Virus record (IMG/VR): IMGVR_UViG_3300038423_000132
Origin: an uncultured virus (IMG/VR IMGVR_UViG_3300038423_000132)
Taxonomy: Duplodnaviria > Heunggongvirae > Uroviricota > Caudoviricetes
DNA: 64,000 nucleotides
Strand: one strand, 5' to 3'
The stretch's first letter is position 1. Each line of letters starts with the position of its first letter. Positions 48,732 to 57,764 of this stretch are shown here, one piece after another. A program made the position numbers and the translations under genes. Under the pieces are notes generated by a model that saw only the letters and a program-made list of their open reading frames with translations, had not been told where the DNA came from and did not search any database.

Positions 48732-49742
48732 ATGGGAACACCAGCATTTACACCCGTAAACCCGATGGCAAACCCCGATCTAAACGGCTGGCTCAGCCGC
48801 CGGATCGATGGCAAGTCGATGCGTGCGCTCAAAGTTGAGCGTGAAGCGCTGCTCTTGTCTCTGAAGGCAACCGGGCTCGCCCAGCCGGCCACAATCCTCA
48901 ACTTCAACCCCGTACCGCTCTCGCTCGACGGCGGGATCGGATTCAAGGTACCGTCAATTGTCGATGAGGCCGTGCAGGAAAATAGCCGCTTCCACTGGAA
49001 GCACGAAGGGCGAACCTACCGGGCCAGCGTCCTCACGATCAAGGAGCCGCGCGTCTTCCCGCAGATCAAGGATGTAAAGGTCGAGGAAGGTGTCGAGGCC
49101 GGCGTCTACGACATGAAGGCGTGCAAGCAGATCGAGATTGCCAGTTGCTTCCTCGTGGCTTACACGCAGGGAACGCCGTCGAGTTCCGGCATGGGCGGAG
49201 TCGTCGCCTTCGAGGGTGACCGTCGCGTGCTCGACCGCACCGAGGATCGGAAGAAACGGCTCACGATCCGCGTTCCAGCCTTCGTCCGCCTGCCCAACAG
49301 GACCCGCGAGTACATCACCGAGGACGCAGACTTTGAAGAGACTGTGGCCGCAGCGCTCGCGATGCAACGCCGGTACTGCAACAGCCAGACTCAGCAGGCG
49401 CAGAACTACTGGGACCAGGGCGATGAGGAGCGGAAGAACATCACCGTGGTGCACAGGGTCTGGCATCAGTTTGAAATGGACATGGGCTGGCGGCAGACCG
49501 TGGCGCCGTGGGTCACGCTCCAGAATGAGGCGCAGGAACTGTGCGCCGGCTGCGGAGAGCCCAAGAAGCGCGTCGACGCATTCTTCTGCCACAAGTGTCA
49601 GCGCGTGTACAACCCACTCGCTGCCTACATGGCCAGGGAAATCCAGGTCACGCACCCAGCGATGGACCGCATCGAGGATGCCGACTGGCCGAAGGTCAGG
49701 AAAGAAGAGGAGCGCCGGAAGGCACTTCGCACAGGGCTGTAA
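48732..49742 (+). CDS. Hypothetical protein with C-terminal zinc ribbon
   Basis: CAGC...CHKC. Confidence 0.7.
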   Translation: MGTPAFTPVNPMANPDLNGWLSRRIDGKSMRALKVEREALLLSLKATGLAQPATILNFNPVPLSLDGGIGFKVPSIVDEAVQENSRFHWKHEGRTYRASVLTIKEPRVFPQIKDVKVEEGVEAGVYDMKACKQIEIASCFLVAYTQGTPSSSGMGGVVAFEGDRRVLDRTEDRKKRLTIRVPAFVRLPNRTREYITEDADFEETVAAALAMQRRYCNSQTQQAQNYWDQGDEERKNITVVHRVWHQFEMDMGWRQTVAPWVTLQNEAQELCAGCGEPKKRVDAFFCHKCQRVYNPLAAYMAREIQVTHPAMDRIEDADWPKVRKEEERRKALRTGL

Positions 49743-49754
49743 TCGGAGGTTGCC

Positions 49755-50465
49755 ATCAACACGCTACTCGATGTGAAGGCTCGCGTGCGGTCGCTCATTG
49801 GCGACCCAGACGCCGATTTTGCGACCGACGCCTATTTACTGCCTCTCATCAATCAGGCACTGGACCGGGCCGTGAACTATTTGGAAGGCACGTGCTCTCC
49901 CTTCATCACACAGCTCCAGGTGGCGACCAACATCCCGCTCGGGACTTCCGACCTCACCGAACAGCAGAAGCCAGGCCAGCCTTTCTATGGCTTGGTGAAT
50001 CCTCTGGACCTTGAGGTGAAGCAGACCGGACTGCCGGAGTTGAACTACGTCATGGGCAGGCGATACGACATTCTGCCCAACAGCACAAACTACGCTCCGG
50101 GCAATCCGGCGATGAACTTCTGGGGAAAATTTGGGTGGGAGTGGAGGAGTTACGTGATCTACATAACTCCTCTCGCCTTCCCGTTCGACATCCGAATCCG
50201 CGGCGAATTTCGGCCACCGGCACTCGTCAAGGATTCGGACATCATCACCATCCATCCGCAGATGGTGGCGGCGCTCTCGTTCATGACGGCCGCACTGATC
50301 GGCGGAGAGCGGATCAACGCGAGCTACGTGCAGAACTACGGACAGCAGGCGACCGAGACGTTGGACGACATTTCGGCAACACTCGTGCGCCAGCAGCAAG
50401 GCACTTCCAGCAGAGTAGGACGAATGGGACGCGGCAACCGTGGTGGGCGTCGCGGGCAGTGGTAA
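49755..50465 (+). CDS. Head-tail adaptor-like protein (possible ATC start)
   Basis: TL.DVKARVR.LIGD...L...INQA; position after capsid. Confidence 0.65.
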   Translation: MNTLLDVKARVRSLIGDPDADFATDAYLLPLINQALDRAVNYLEGTCSPFITQLQVATNIPLGTSDLTEQQKPGQPFYGLVNPLDLEVKQTGLPELNYVMGRRYDILPNSTNYAPGNPAMNFWGKFGWEWRSYVIYITPLAFPFDIRIRGEFRPPALVKDSDIITIHPQMVAALSFMTAALIGGERINASYVQNYGQQATETLDDISATLVRQQQGTSSRVGRMGRGNRGGRRGQW

Positions 50466-50495
50466 ACCAAAAACCAAATCAAGGAGAAGACTCTC

Positions 50496-50855
50496 ATGGG
50501 AATCAAGTTTCAGGTTCTGAAATACGTCCCGAGCATTGGCGCTCCGGATGCGGTTCTACTCAACTCGGTGATGAGCGGCAACTATGTCCCCGGGCAGGGC
50601 GGAACGACTGTCGATCTCAACCCAGGCACGTTCTCTGACCCCAACAGTGTTGGCGTTCTCGGCGAGCCGCTGAATCAGCCGACCACGCCTCCGTCAATCG
50701 AATCGTGTCAGTTGGCGGCCGGCGTGTACGCGCAACTCACGCCGGGTGCGACACTGGCGACGAACAAGATCAGCCTGTGGACCAACAACAATGCGGAACT
50801 GGGGAATACGGCCTATCCGGCGGGCACGCTTGTGGTGAAACTGCCACTCAGGTAG
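50496..50855 (+). CDS. Small virion protein candidate
   Basis: AAGGAG RBS; structural module. Confidence 0.6.
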   Translation: MGIKFQVLKYVPSIGAPDAVLLNSVMSGNYVPGQGGTTVDLNPGTFSDPNSVGVLGEPLNQPTTPPSIESCQLAAGVYAQLTPGATLATNKISLWTNNNAELGNTAYPAGTLVVKLPLR

Positions 50856-50864
50856 GGGTGAGTT

Positions 50865-53800
50865 ACGGCCAACTTTTTGGGGTCCGCGACCGTAATAAGT
50901 CGCATGTTAGGCATGGTCGATCAGGATGACAGTAGCAACCTCCCTAGTGGTCTGTCTGCCCAGGTCCGCAACTGCTGCTTTGACTCTATGACTTCTGTTC
51001 GCACCCGCGACGGGATCAATACCACGATGCAGGGCGAGCATGAAAGCCCGATCACGGGCCTGATCGGGACGCTCTACACGCCGGAAACCGCTGCGCAGAA
51101 CTTCCTCCAGGTGCCCACCATCTTCGACATGACCGGCGCTCTTCAGTACGAGAGCCCAGTCGGCTCGGGCGAGATGGTTCCCTTCCCGCTAAATTCCACG
51201 TTCACGCCTCCAGCGAACGCCCACATGATCTCCGTGCAGACGGGGAACAAAATCTTTGCGGCGTTCTCCGATCTCAACGTGCCGCTGTCAAGCATGGCGG
51301 TGATCGATCCCCTAACAAAAGCCGTGTGGCCCTATGGCCTAAAGCCTTTCGGATGGGTTTGGACGGCCAACACCCCGGTTCTCGCGGGAGAGGTGTGCAC
51401 GCCCACAGCGCCGAGCGGAAACGGCCATACCTACCTCTGCACGCAGGCTGGAGTCACGGGGAACAACGAGCCGCTGCCTTGGCCGACCGCCGAAGAGGCG
51501 ATCGTCAATGACGGGTCCGCAAAGTGGAAAGAGTACACGGCGGTCATGGCGAACCGGCTTTCCCCGCCTCCCGTGCCAGTGCTTGCGCTGGCCGGCGGTG
51601 GGACCATCGCAGCGACCCAGGACGTGTACGTCGTCATCACGCTGGTCAACACGATGGGCGAAAGCCTTCCCTCGACGCCGACGTTCATCGAAACTCTGGC
51701 GGCTTCCACAACGGTCAACGTGCCATTGCCAACGCTGACTCTCGGCTCTTTGCCTGGCTGGATGCAGGAACTCGGGGCCAGTTACATCCCGACCGGCTGC
51801 AACATCTATGCGGCCATTGTGGCTCACGGGTCATCGGCACCGCCACTGTCGACCTACCAAAAGGTCAACGTCGGCGTTCAGGCTCTTGGCTCGACTTACG
51901 GGATCACCGCCGCGGGAGCAGGCGTCGCCCCGCCATCGCTCTGCACTGCCCGCGTGGTTCCCGGCCAACTCCCCACGCCAGATGCGCAGGTTCAGATTCA
52001 GAGGATTCCGGTCGGCTCGACGGTTGCTCCGCCGAATGCTCCAGGGCTGGCACTTGCGGCCGGAATAGTCGCCATCCACCGCACCTTTTACGTGGCCCTA
52101 ACGCTCGTCAATGCGGCTGGAGAAACAACTCCGGGGGCCATGGCCAACATCACCACGACTGGCAACAATCAAGGTGCGCAGGTATTTCTCGCAAGCAACT
52201 ACGGCCCGACCGTCACAGGAGTAAATATCTACGCGACAGATGTGGCCGAAGGCAGCGCTCCGCCTCTGGTTAGCTCTCTAAACTTTCAAGGAACCTTCGC
52301 TCTCGGATCGTCTCCGATCATTACCGGAGCTGGCGGAGGGGCAAATCCGCCATCTGCCAATACGGCCACTCTTCCAGGAGGACTCTTCCCTGCCGGCCGT
52401 GACATCTACGTCGCACAGACTTACAAAAACAGCGCGGGCGAGACTACTCTCGGGCCGCTCAATTCAATCATCAATTCCAACGGCGACGATGCCGTGCTCG
52501 TCACAATCGCCGTGCCCCAGGACGAGAACAACAACGACCTCTACACCATCGCCTCAGTGGGCATCTACGAAGCGGACGTGCCCACTGGAGATCCTGCGCC
52601 TCCATCGACAGCCTTCTCCCTCGTCGGCTACTACCAGAACACGAATCAGCCGTTCATTCTTGAAACGGCCGCGGGCGCCAACCCTCCCATCGTGAATGGG
52701 ACTGGACCGGGCGGGGCTATCGTGGCCGACACGGCGACTGGCGGGATCAACGGAACGCAGGGCTATCGTTACGCGGCCATCATGTACATGAACCAGAACT
52801 ACACGGTCTCAGGGTTCACGGCCGCTTCGGTGATCCAGTACGACGTGGATGAGGATGGTTGGGAACTCGGAATCTTCAAGGTCGCAACTGGACCTGCGTA
52901 TGTGCTCGGACGTGCAGTTGCGTTCAGCGTGGCTGATGGATCGAATGCTGGCCCGTTCTGGTGGATCGGCAATGTCAACCTACAGATCCCATCACAGAAT
53001 TTCGTTTACCCCCAGACCTTTCTTTCGGACACGGTAAACCAGAGCTCGACGTTCTTTCTCGACAACGTAACGACCAACGGGACTTTCAACTTTACCGACG
53101 AGTATCTGACCAGTTCGAACAACGTCACCGACAGGCTTGATGTGATCTGGCCGAATCAGGCGGTCCACTGCACCTACTGCCCGAGTGTCGATCGCATCTT
53201 CCAGGCTGGAGTTCCAGGCTACTACTCCGGCTGGTGGGTATCGCTCGCCGGCGATCCCGAGTCCTACTATTCGGACCTGAGTTACATCTCGGTTGGATCA
53301 GACGATGGCGAGCGCGCGTGGGGAACGATTGAGTATCGCGGCACGGTCTACGGACTCCGCGATAGGTCTGGGTACACCTTCACGGCGAATCCCAATAACC
53401 CGCAGACCTGGACAGCAACAAAACGGTGGAGCGAGCGCGGCCCGTGCGGTCCAAGAGCGTTCGATGCCTGCGGCGACTTCCTGATCTTCGTTCACAGGAG
53501 CGGAATCTATCGGTACACCGAGACGACGCCGGAGTTGGTGACCAAGGAGATTCCCTACTTCTGGAAGACGATCAACTGGCTCGCGGCCAACGTCATTTGC
53601 TGCAAGATCGACCAGGAGAAGCACGAAGTCCACATCCTCGTGCCGGTCGGAAACTCGACGGTGCCCAATCAGGAGGTTGTGCTCAACTATCTCGAGGGCT
53701 GGAATCAGCCGGTGCACTTCTCGACCTACTCTCAAAAAGAGATCGCCGTTGCCGAGGTGCGGAAGTTCTCGATCAACGATGTGCAGGCTTTTGTTTGCGA

Positions 53801-54335
53801 TCGCATCGAGCGCACGCTGCCAAACCCAACTCCGTTCCCGCAGGGGCAGGCCGGCGTTCCGTTCCTCGATTCGAGCTACTTCACTTCTCAGTTTGTCTAC
53901 GGATCGAGCGCGGCTGATGGGACGGTGCAGGCGGTGACGCCTGGAACGTTCTCCGACAATGGGGCGGGAATTGACTGCGTGTACGAAACCGTCTCGCCTG
54001 AAACCACGATGGCGCTCTCGAAGATCGAGGGGTTCACTTTGAACGCCCGAGGCAACGGAACGCTTTATCCCTACTTCCTGGCCGGTCGCACGATGGTGAC
54101 GGGCAATGTCCCGCTTGGCCCAGTGAATCCGATGGTCATTCCGTGCAGGCCAATTCAACTCGACATCATGGAGAGCGAGGGGTTGAGCCGCATGGTGCCA
54201 AGCCGAATCTCGGAAAGATGGCGGATGAGGTTCAGCAATGGTAAGGTTCCGGGCGCGTGGTTTGCGCTCAAATGGCTGGCTATCTACTCGATCCCAATGT
54301 TCCAGGCCCGCGAGGAGAGTGAGTTAGGTGGCTGA
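50865..54335 (+). CDS. Tail nozzle/stabilisation-like protein with inserted FN3-like repeats (possible ACG start)
   Basis: Position; RGPCG..A...FVHRSGIY propeller-like region; three Y.....N..GET modules. Confidence 0.65.
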   Translation, partial: TANFLGSATVISRMLGMVDQDDSSNLPSGLSAQVRNCCFDSMTSVRTRDGINTTMQGEHESPITGLIGTLYTPETAAQNFLQVPTIFDMTGALQYESPVGSGEMVPFPLNSTFTPPANAHMISVQTGNKIFAAFSDLNVPLSSMAVIDPLTKAVWPYGLKPFGWVWTANTPVLAGEVCTPTAPSGNGHTYLCTQAGVTGNNEPLPWPTAEEAIVNDGSAKWKEYTAVMANRLSPPPVPVLALAGGGTIAATQDVYVVITLVNTMGESLPSTPTFIETLAASTTVNVPLPTLTLGSLPGWMQELGASYIPTGCNIYAAIVAHGSSAPPLSTYQKVNVGVQALGSTYGITAAGAGVAPPSLCTARVVPGQLPTPDAQVQIQRIPVGSTVAPPNAPGLALAAGIVAIHRTFYVALTLVNAAGETTPGAMANITTTGNNQGAQVFLASNYGPTVTGVNIYATDVAEGSAPPLVSSLNFQGTFALGSSPIITGAGGGANPPSANTATLPGGLFPAGRDIYVAQTYKNSAGETTLGPLNSIINSNGDDAVLVTIAVPQDENNNDLYTIASVGIYEADVPTGDPAPPSTAFSLVGYYQNTNQPFILETAAGANPPIVNGTGPGGAIVADTATGGINGTQGYRYAAIMYMNQNYTVSGFTAASVIQYDVDEDGWELGIFKVATGPAYVLGRAVAFSVADGSNAGPFWWIGNVNLQIPSQNFVYPQTFLSDTVNQSSTFFLDNVTTNGTFNFTDEYLTSSNNVTDRLDVIWPNQAVHCTYCPSVDRIFQAGVPGYYSGWWVSLAGDPESYYSDLSYISVGSDDGERAWGTIEYRGTVYGLRDRSGYTFTANPNNPQTWTATKRWSERGPCGPRAFDACGDFLIFVHRSGIYRYTETTPELVTKEIPYFWKTINWLAANVICCKIDQEKHEVHILVPVGNSTVPNQEVVLNYLEGWNQPVHFSTYSQKEIAVAEVRKFSINDVQAFVCDRIERTLPNPTPFPQGQAGVPFLDSSYFTSQFVYGSSAADGTVQAVTPGTFSDNGAGIDCVYETVSPETTMALSKIEGFTLNARGNGTLYPYFLAGRTMVTGNVPLGPVNPMVIPCRPIQLDIMESEGLSRMVPSRISERWRMRFSNGKVPGAWFALKWLAIYSIPMFQAREESELGG

Positions 54336-55137
54336 TAACAAGAGCCTGATCGAGTCGGCGTGCAAGGGGAACGTGAACGACCTGCGCACGCTGCTTCTCC
54401 AGTTCAACGATCAATTCGAGATCCACAACCAGGCCACGGGTACGAACTGGGTCAGCCCGACATCGGGAGTGCAAAAGCCGTCAACAACTCCGCCTCCCGC
54501 CGCGACAGCAGCCGCCTCGGGCGCGAATGGGACCATCGCCATCCAGATCACGAACCCGGCGCAAGCCGCCAAAGCGACGATCTATCACAGGATCAGATAT
54601 TCCCCCGTGAAGAACTTCTCTCAAGGCGTGACGGAGTTGCCGCCGTCTCCGGCGAGTACCGTCAGCATTCCCGCTCCCGGGGAGACGCACTTTATTGAAC
54701 TCAGTTCCAGCTACGACGGATCGACATGGAACGCTCCCCGGCTCATTCAGCAGACAGCGGTCGCCGCGGGGCTGCAGTCGAGCGCAGCGTGTGAGCCGGC
54801 CACGGTTCTGAACAACTGGAATTACGCGAACGTCGTCGGTGAGGGATCAGCAGGCGTAGCGCCGGTCATCCGGGTTTACGGTCCCAACGGGCCGTACAGC
54901 GGATACACGGCTGGACGGGGAACGGCGCAGGTTAGCCGGCCATCGGCCACGATTCTCAATTACAGCTACAAGCAGAATCAGATTGTGGCGTTCGACGGCA
55001 AGCGGTTTCAACTGGCGTCTACTCTGCCGGGAGCGATGAAGGATTCATGGGAGCCGGTGGGACAAGCGGGAACACAGGAATCGCCAGGCGGCGGTGGGAA
55101 CATGGGTGGAAACGGCGGGAGGCTGACCGCGATATGA
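54328..55137 (+). CDS. Tail-associated protein
   Basis: Follows the nozzle-like gene; FN3-like segment. Confidence 0.55.
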   Translation: MADNKSLIESACKGNVNDLRTLLLQFNDQFEIHNQATGTNWVSPTSGVQKPSTTPPPAATAAASGANGTIAIQITNPAQAAKATIYHRIRYSPVKNFSQGVTELPPSPASTVSIPAPGETHFIELSSSYDGSTWNAPRLIQQTAVAAGLQSSAACEPATVLNNWNYANVVGEGSAGVAPVIRVYGPNGPYSGYTAGRGTAQVSRPSATILNYSYKQNQIVAFDGKRFQLASTLPGAMKDSWEPVGQAGTQESPGGGGNMGGNGGRLTAI

Positions 55138-55406
55138 GTTGGGATCTGAAGCACCACGAGTTCGACCACACGGTGCAGCGGCACTACGCCGTGCTGCACG
55201 ATCCGGCGACGGGCGCGGAGCACCATCTGATTATTCTCACCGGCCACGATGCGTGCCCAACCTGCGGACACGTGCAGCCAAAAACCAACACGGGCGAGAT
55301 CGACTTCCAGGCGATTCTGAAAGAGGAACTGGCTGCGCTCGAAGCGAGCCATGCGCAGAGCGTGGCCTACGCGAAGAAGTTCAACGTTCCAAGGAAGGCG
55401 AAATGA
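55134..55406 (+). CDS. Hypothetical protein
   Basis: GGAGG RBS; CPTC. Confidence 0.6.
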   Translation: MSWDLKHHEFDHTVQRHYAVLHDPATGAEHHLIILTGHDACPTCGHVQPKTNTGEIDFQAILKEELAALEASHAQSVAYAKKFNVPRKAK

Positions 55407-55852
55407 GCAAGACCATCCTCCGGCTGGCCGAACCGCGCGACATGCCAGCGTTGCTGCACAAGCTGGCCGAGCAGAACCTCCGCGACAAGACGCGCTACCC
55501 GATGCCCGAGATATTCGACGAGGACGGTCGGCAGGCCGACAACGTGCCACTGGCCTATGTGATTGAGCATTGCGGAGAGGTTCTTGGGGGCACGACATTC
55601 GAGTCGAAGGGGCTCGAAATGATGTTGATCGGGATCGATCCTCGCGTAACAGCGACGATCGCGCGTGAGTCGCCCGGCATTCTCTTCACATTGAAGGCCA
55701 TGGGCTTCAACTGGATTCGCTGTTTGGTCACACGCTCGATTCTCAAAGCTGGCCGCCGAAAGGCCAAGGCCAACCCCGTAAGTGCCGCGATGAAAGCAGC
55801 AGGGTTCAGGCGCGACGATACACGATTCGCCAGTTTCTTCAGGGAGGTGTAA
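55403..55852 (+). CDS. GNAT-like protein
   Basis: LRLAEPRD N-terminus, MKAAGF C-terminus; position before ejection genes. Confidence 0.5.
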   Translation: MSKTILRLAEPRDMPALLHKLAEQNLRDKTRYPMPEIFDEDGRQADNVPLAYVIEHCGEVLGGTTFESKGLEMMLIGIDPRVTATIARESPGILFTLKAMGFNWIRCLVTRSILKAGRRKAKANPVSAAMKAAGFRRDDTRFASFFREV

Positions 55853-55853
55853 G

Positions 55854-56426
55854 TTGTCGAGAGCCCAGGAATCTCAAGTCGAAGGCACGGCCACAAATCA
55901 GAACGCGGGCTATTACAACGATGCCCAAAACTCCTATGCCGCTGCCCAGGGTGACGTCGAGGACTACAAGGACCAGCTCGCTAAGTACAAGGCGAGCAAC
56001 CCCTACGTCCAGGGCGGCCAGTTCCAGACCACAACAAATCAGATGCTGGCAGACACGGCGGACGCCGGCGCGCGCGCGGCCGGAGAGCGGCTGCAGAGTC
56101 AAGCCCTACGCACCGGGCAGAACAGCGCGGGCAGTGTAGCAGCGACCGAGCAGATGGAGCAGCAGGGCACGCGGACGCTATCGGCCGATGAGGCCAGAGC
56201 CAACCAGGAGCGGATCGTGGCTGGCGCGGGATACGGCCGGAACGTGCTTCAGGCCACACAGGCACCAGCAGAGATGGAATCCCGGCTCGCCGGGCAGCAG
56301 GCCGAAGCCGCTGGAGGCGTGCTGAACACTGCACAGAAGGCCGGCGAAACGCCGTCTTGGTGGGATCAGTTTGGAGATGAAGCCGCGAAGGGGTTCGGAC
56401 AAATGGTATTCGGACCGAAGGGATAG
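55854..56426 (+). CDS. Internal virion/DNA ejection protein
   Basis: A/Q/G-rich helical protein; position. Confidence 0.65.
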   Translation: MSRAQESQVEGTATNQNAGYYNDAQNSYAAAQGDVEDYKDQLAKYKASNPYVQGGQFQTTTNQMLADTADAGARAAGERLQSQALRTGQNSAGSVAATEQMEQQGTRTLSADEARANQERIVAGAGYGRNVLQATQAPAEMESRLAGQQAEAAGGVLNTAQKAGETPSWWDQFGDEAAKGFGQMVFGPKG

Positions 56427-56432
56427 GGGAGA

Positions 56433-57764
56433 GTGGCGACGATGGCAGGCGATCCAAGTCAATTTTTATCGGAAGACGAACAGTATGGCGCCATGCTGGG
56501 CCGGCTTCTCAACCCTCCCCCGGAGGCTGAGCAGCAGGTCGCACAGAATACGGCGCCAGCGGCTCCGGTCCAGAGACCTGCGCTCGCTCCCGCACAACCT
56601 GTGCCATCACCATCGCCAGCGGTGCCGCCAAAGCCAGCGACGCCGAACGCTGTCTCTCCGAACACGCCATCGTTCTACCAGCGCGGGCAACAGGGCGCAC
56701 TGAACATGGCCGACCAGGACGCCCGAACGGTTACGGCGTTGGAGAACCAGCCGAACGCCGCGACTGAGAATAAGCTGCTCGAAGCGCAACGCGTCGCCCT
56801 GGCACAGCCTCTGAATCCTCAAGACCAAGGCTATCGCCCCGGAATCGGAACCAGAATCGCACGCGGACTGGCCGCGGCCCGCAAGGGTGGTATCGCCGGG
56901 GCCATTGACCCAACCGCAGTAGGAGCAACCGCTTACGGCGCACCCAACCGCCAATTCGACATCGACACCGCGCGCCGGCAAGCGCAGGCGACCGTCCTTC
57001 AGTCCGAAGAGGACCGCAACATCGCCAACGAGAAGGCAGAAAGCGAGCGGATCAAGGATGTCGGGACGGCGGCCGGCAGGGTTGGAACTGCCTACGGCGG
57101 TGTGGCCAGGGACGCCACGGCGCAGCAGAGCGCTGAGCAAAAGAGCCAATACGAAGGCCAGATCGCCGACCTTCGCCAGCAGCTCGCTAACCAAGGCGGC
57201 GTGCCCAAGACCTACGAGCAGGCCGTAATCGCCTCGCAGATCGATCCAGACCCGCAGAAGCGGCAGGGATACGCCGCCGCAGCGAAGCAAATCGCCTCCC
57301 AGGAAGTCAAGAGGTTCCAGTACGCCAACCGGGCGGTTGGAGGCGGCGAAGACGATCCCCGGCGCCAGCCGCTCATCGACGCTGCAACCGCACAGGTTGA
57401 CAAGCTCAACACTTACGAGTGGGATCCTGAAGCCCAGAACGGCGCGGGCGGATTTTACGACCCGCACAGCGACGGGACAAAAACATACTCCCCGGCCGAG
57501 TTCACGGCGATGAAGAACGCGATCGCTACAAAGCTGGACGCGCAGCTTACCCAAAAGAAGATGCGCCCGCTCGGCGTCCGGTTTACCGTCGCGGCGACGA
57601 CTCCCGGCGGCGCACCCGCCGCGGCACAGCCAGGCGCGCCAGCCGCTCCCGCGCAGACTGCGCCATCCGCCACGACGGTTACACAGGGCCAGGTCTACAA
57701 GGGATACAAGTACCTCGGCGGCGATAGGGCGAACCCGAAAAGCTGGCAGCAGGTCCAGCAGTAA
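56433..57764 (+). CDS. Internal virion/DNA ejection protein
   Basis: A/Q-rich; C-terminal GYKYLGGD..NPKSW motif. Confidence 0.65.
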   Translation: MATMAGDPSQFLSEDEQYGAMLGRLLNPPPEAEQQVAQNTAPAAPVQRPALAPAQPVPSPSPAVPPKPATPNAVSPNTPSFYQRGQQGALNMADQDARTVTALENQPNAATENKLLEAQRVALAQPLNPQDQGYRPGIGTRIARGLAAARKGGIAGAIDPTAVGATAYGAPNRQFDIDTARRQAQATVLQSEEDRNIANEKAESERIKDVGTAAGRVGTAYGGVARDATAQQSAEQKSQYEGQIADLRQQLANQGGVPKTYEQAVIASQIDPDPQKRQGYAAAAKQIASQEVKRFQYANRAVGGGEDDPRRQPLIDAATAQVDKLNTYEWDPEAQNGAGGFYDPHSDGTKTYSPAEFTAMKNAIATKLDAQLTQKKMRPLGVRFTVAATTPGGAPAAAQPGAPAAPAQTAPSATTVTQGQVYKGYKYLGGDRANPKSWQQVQQ

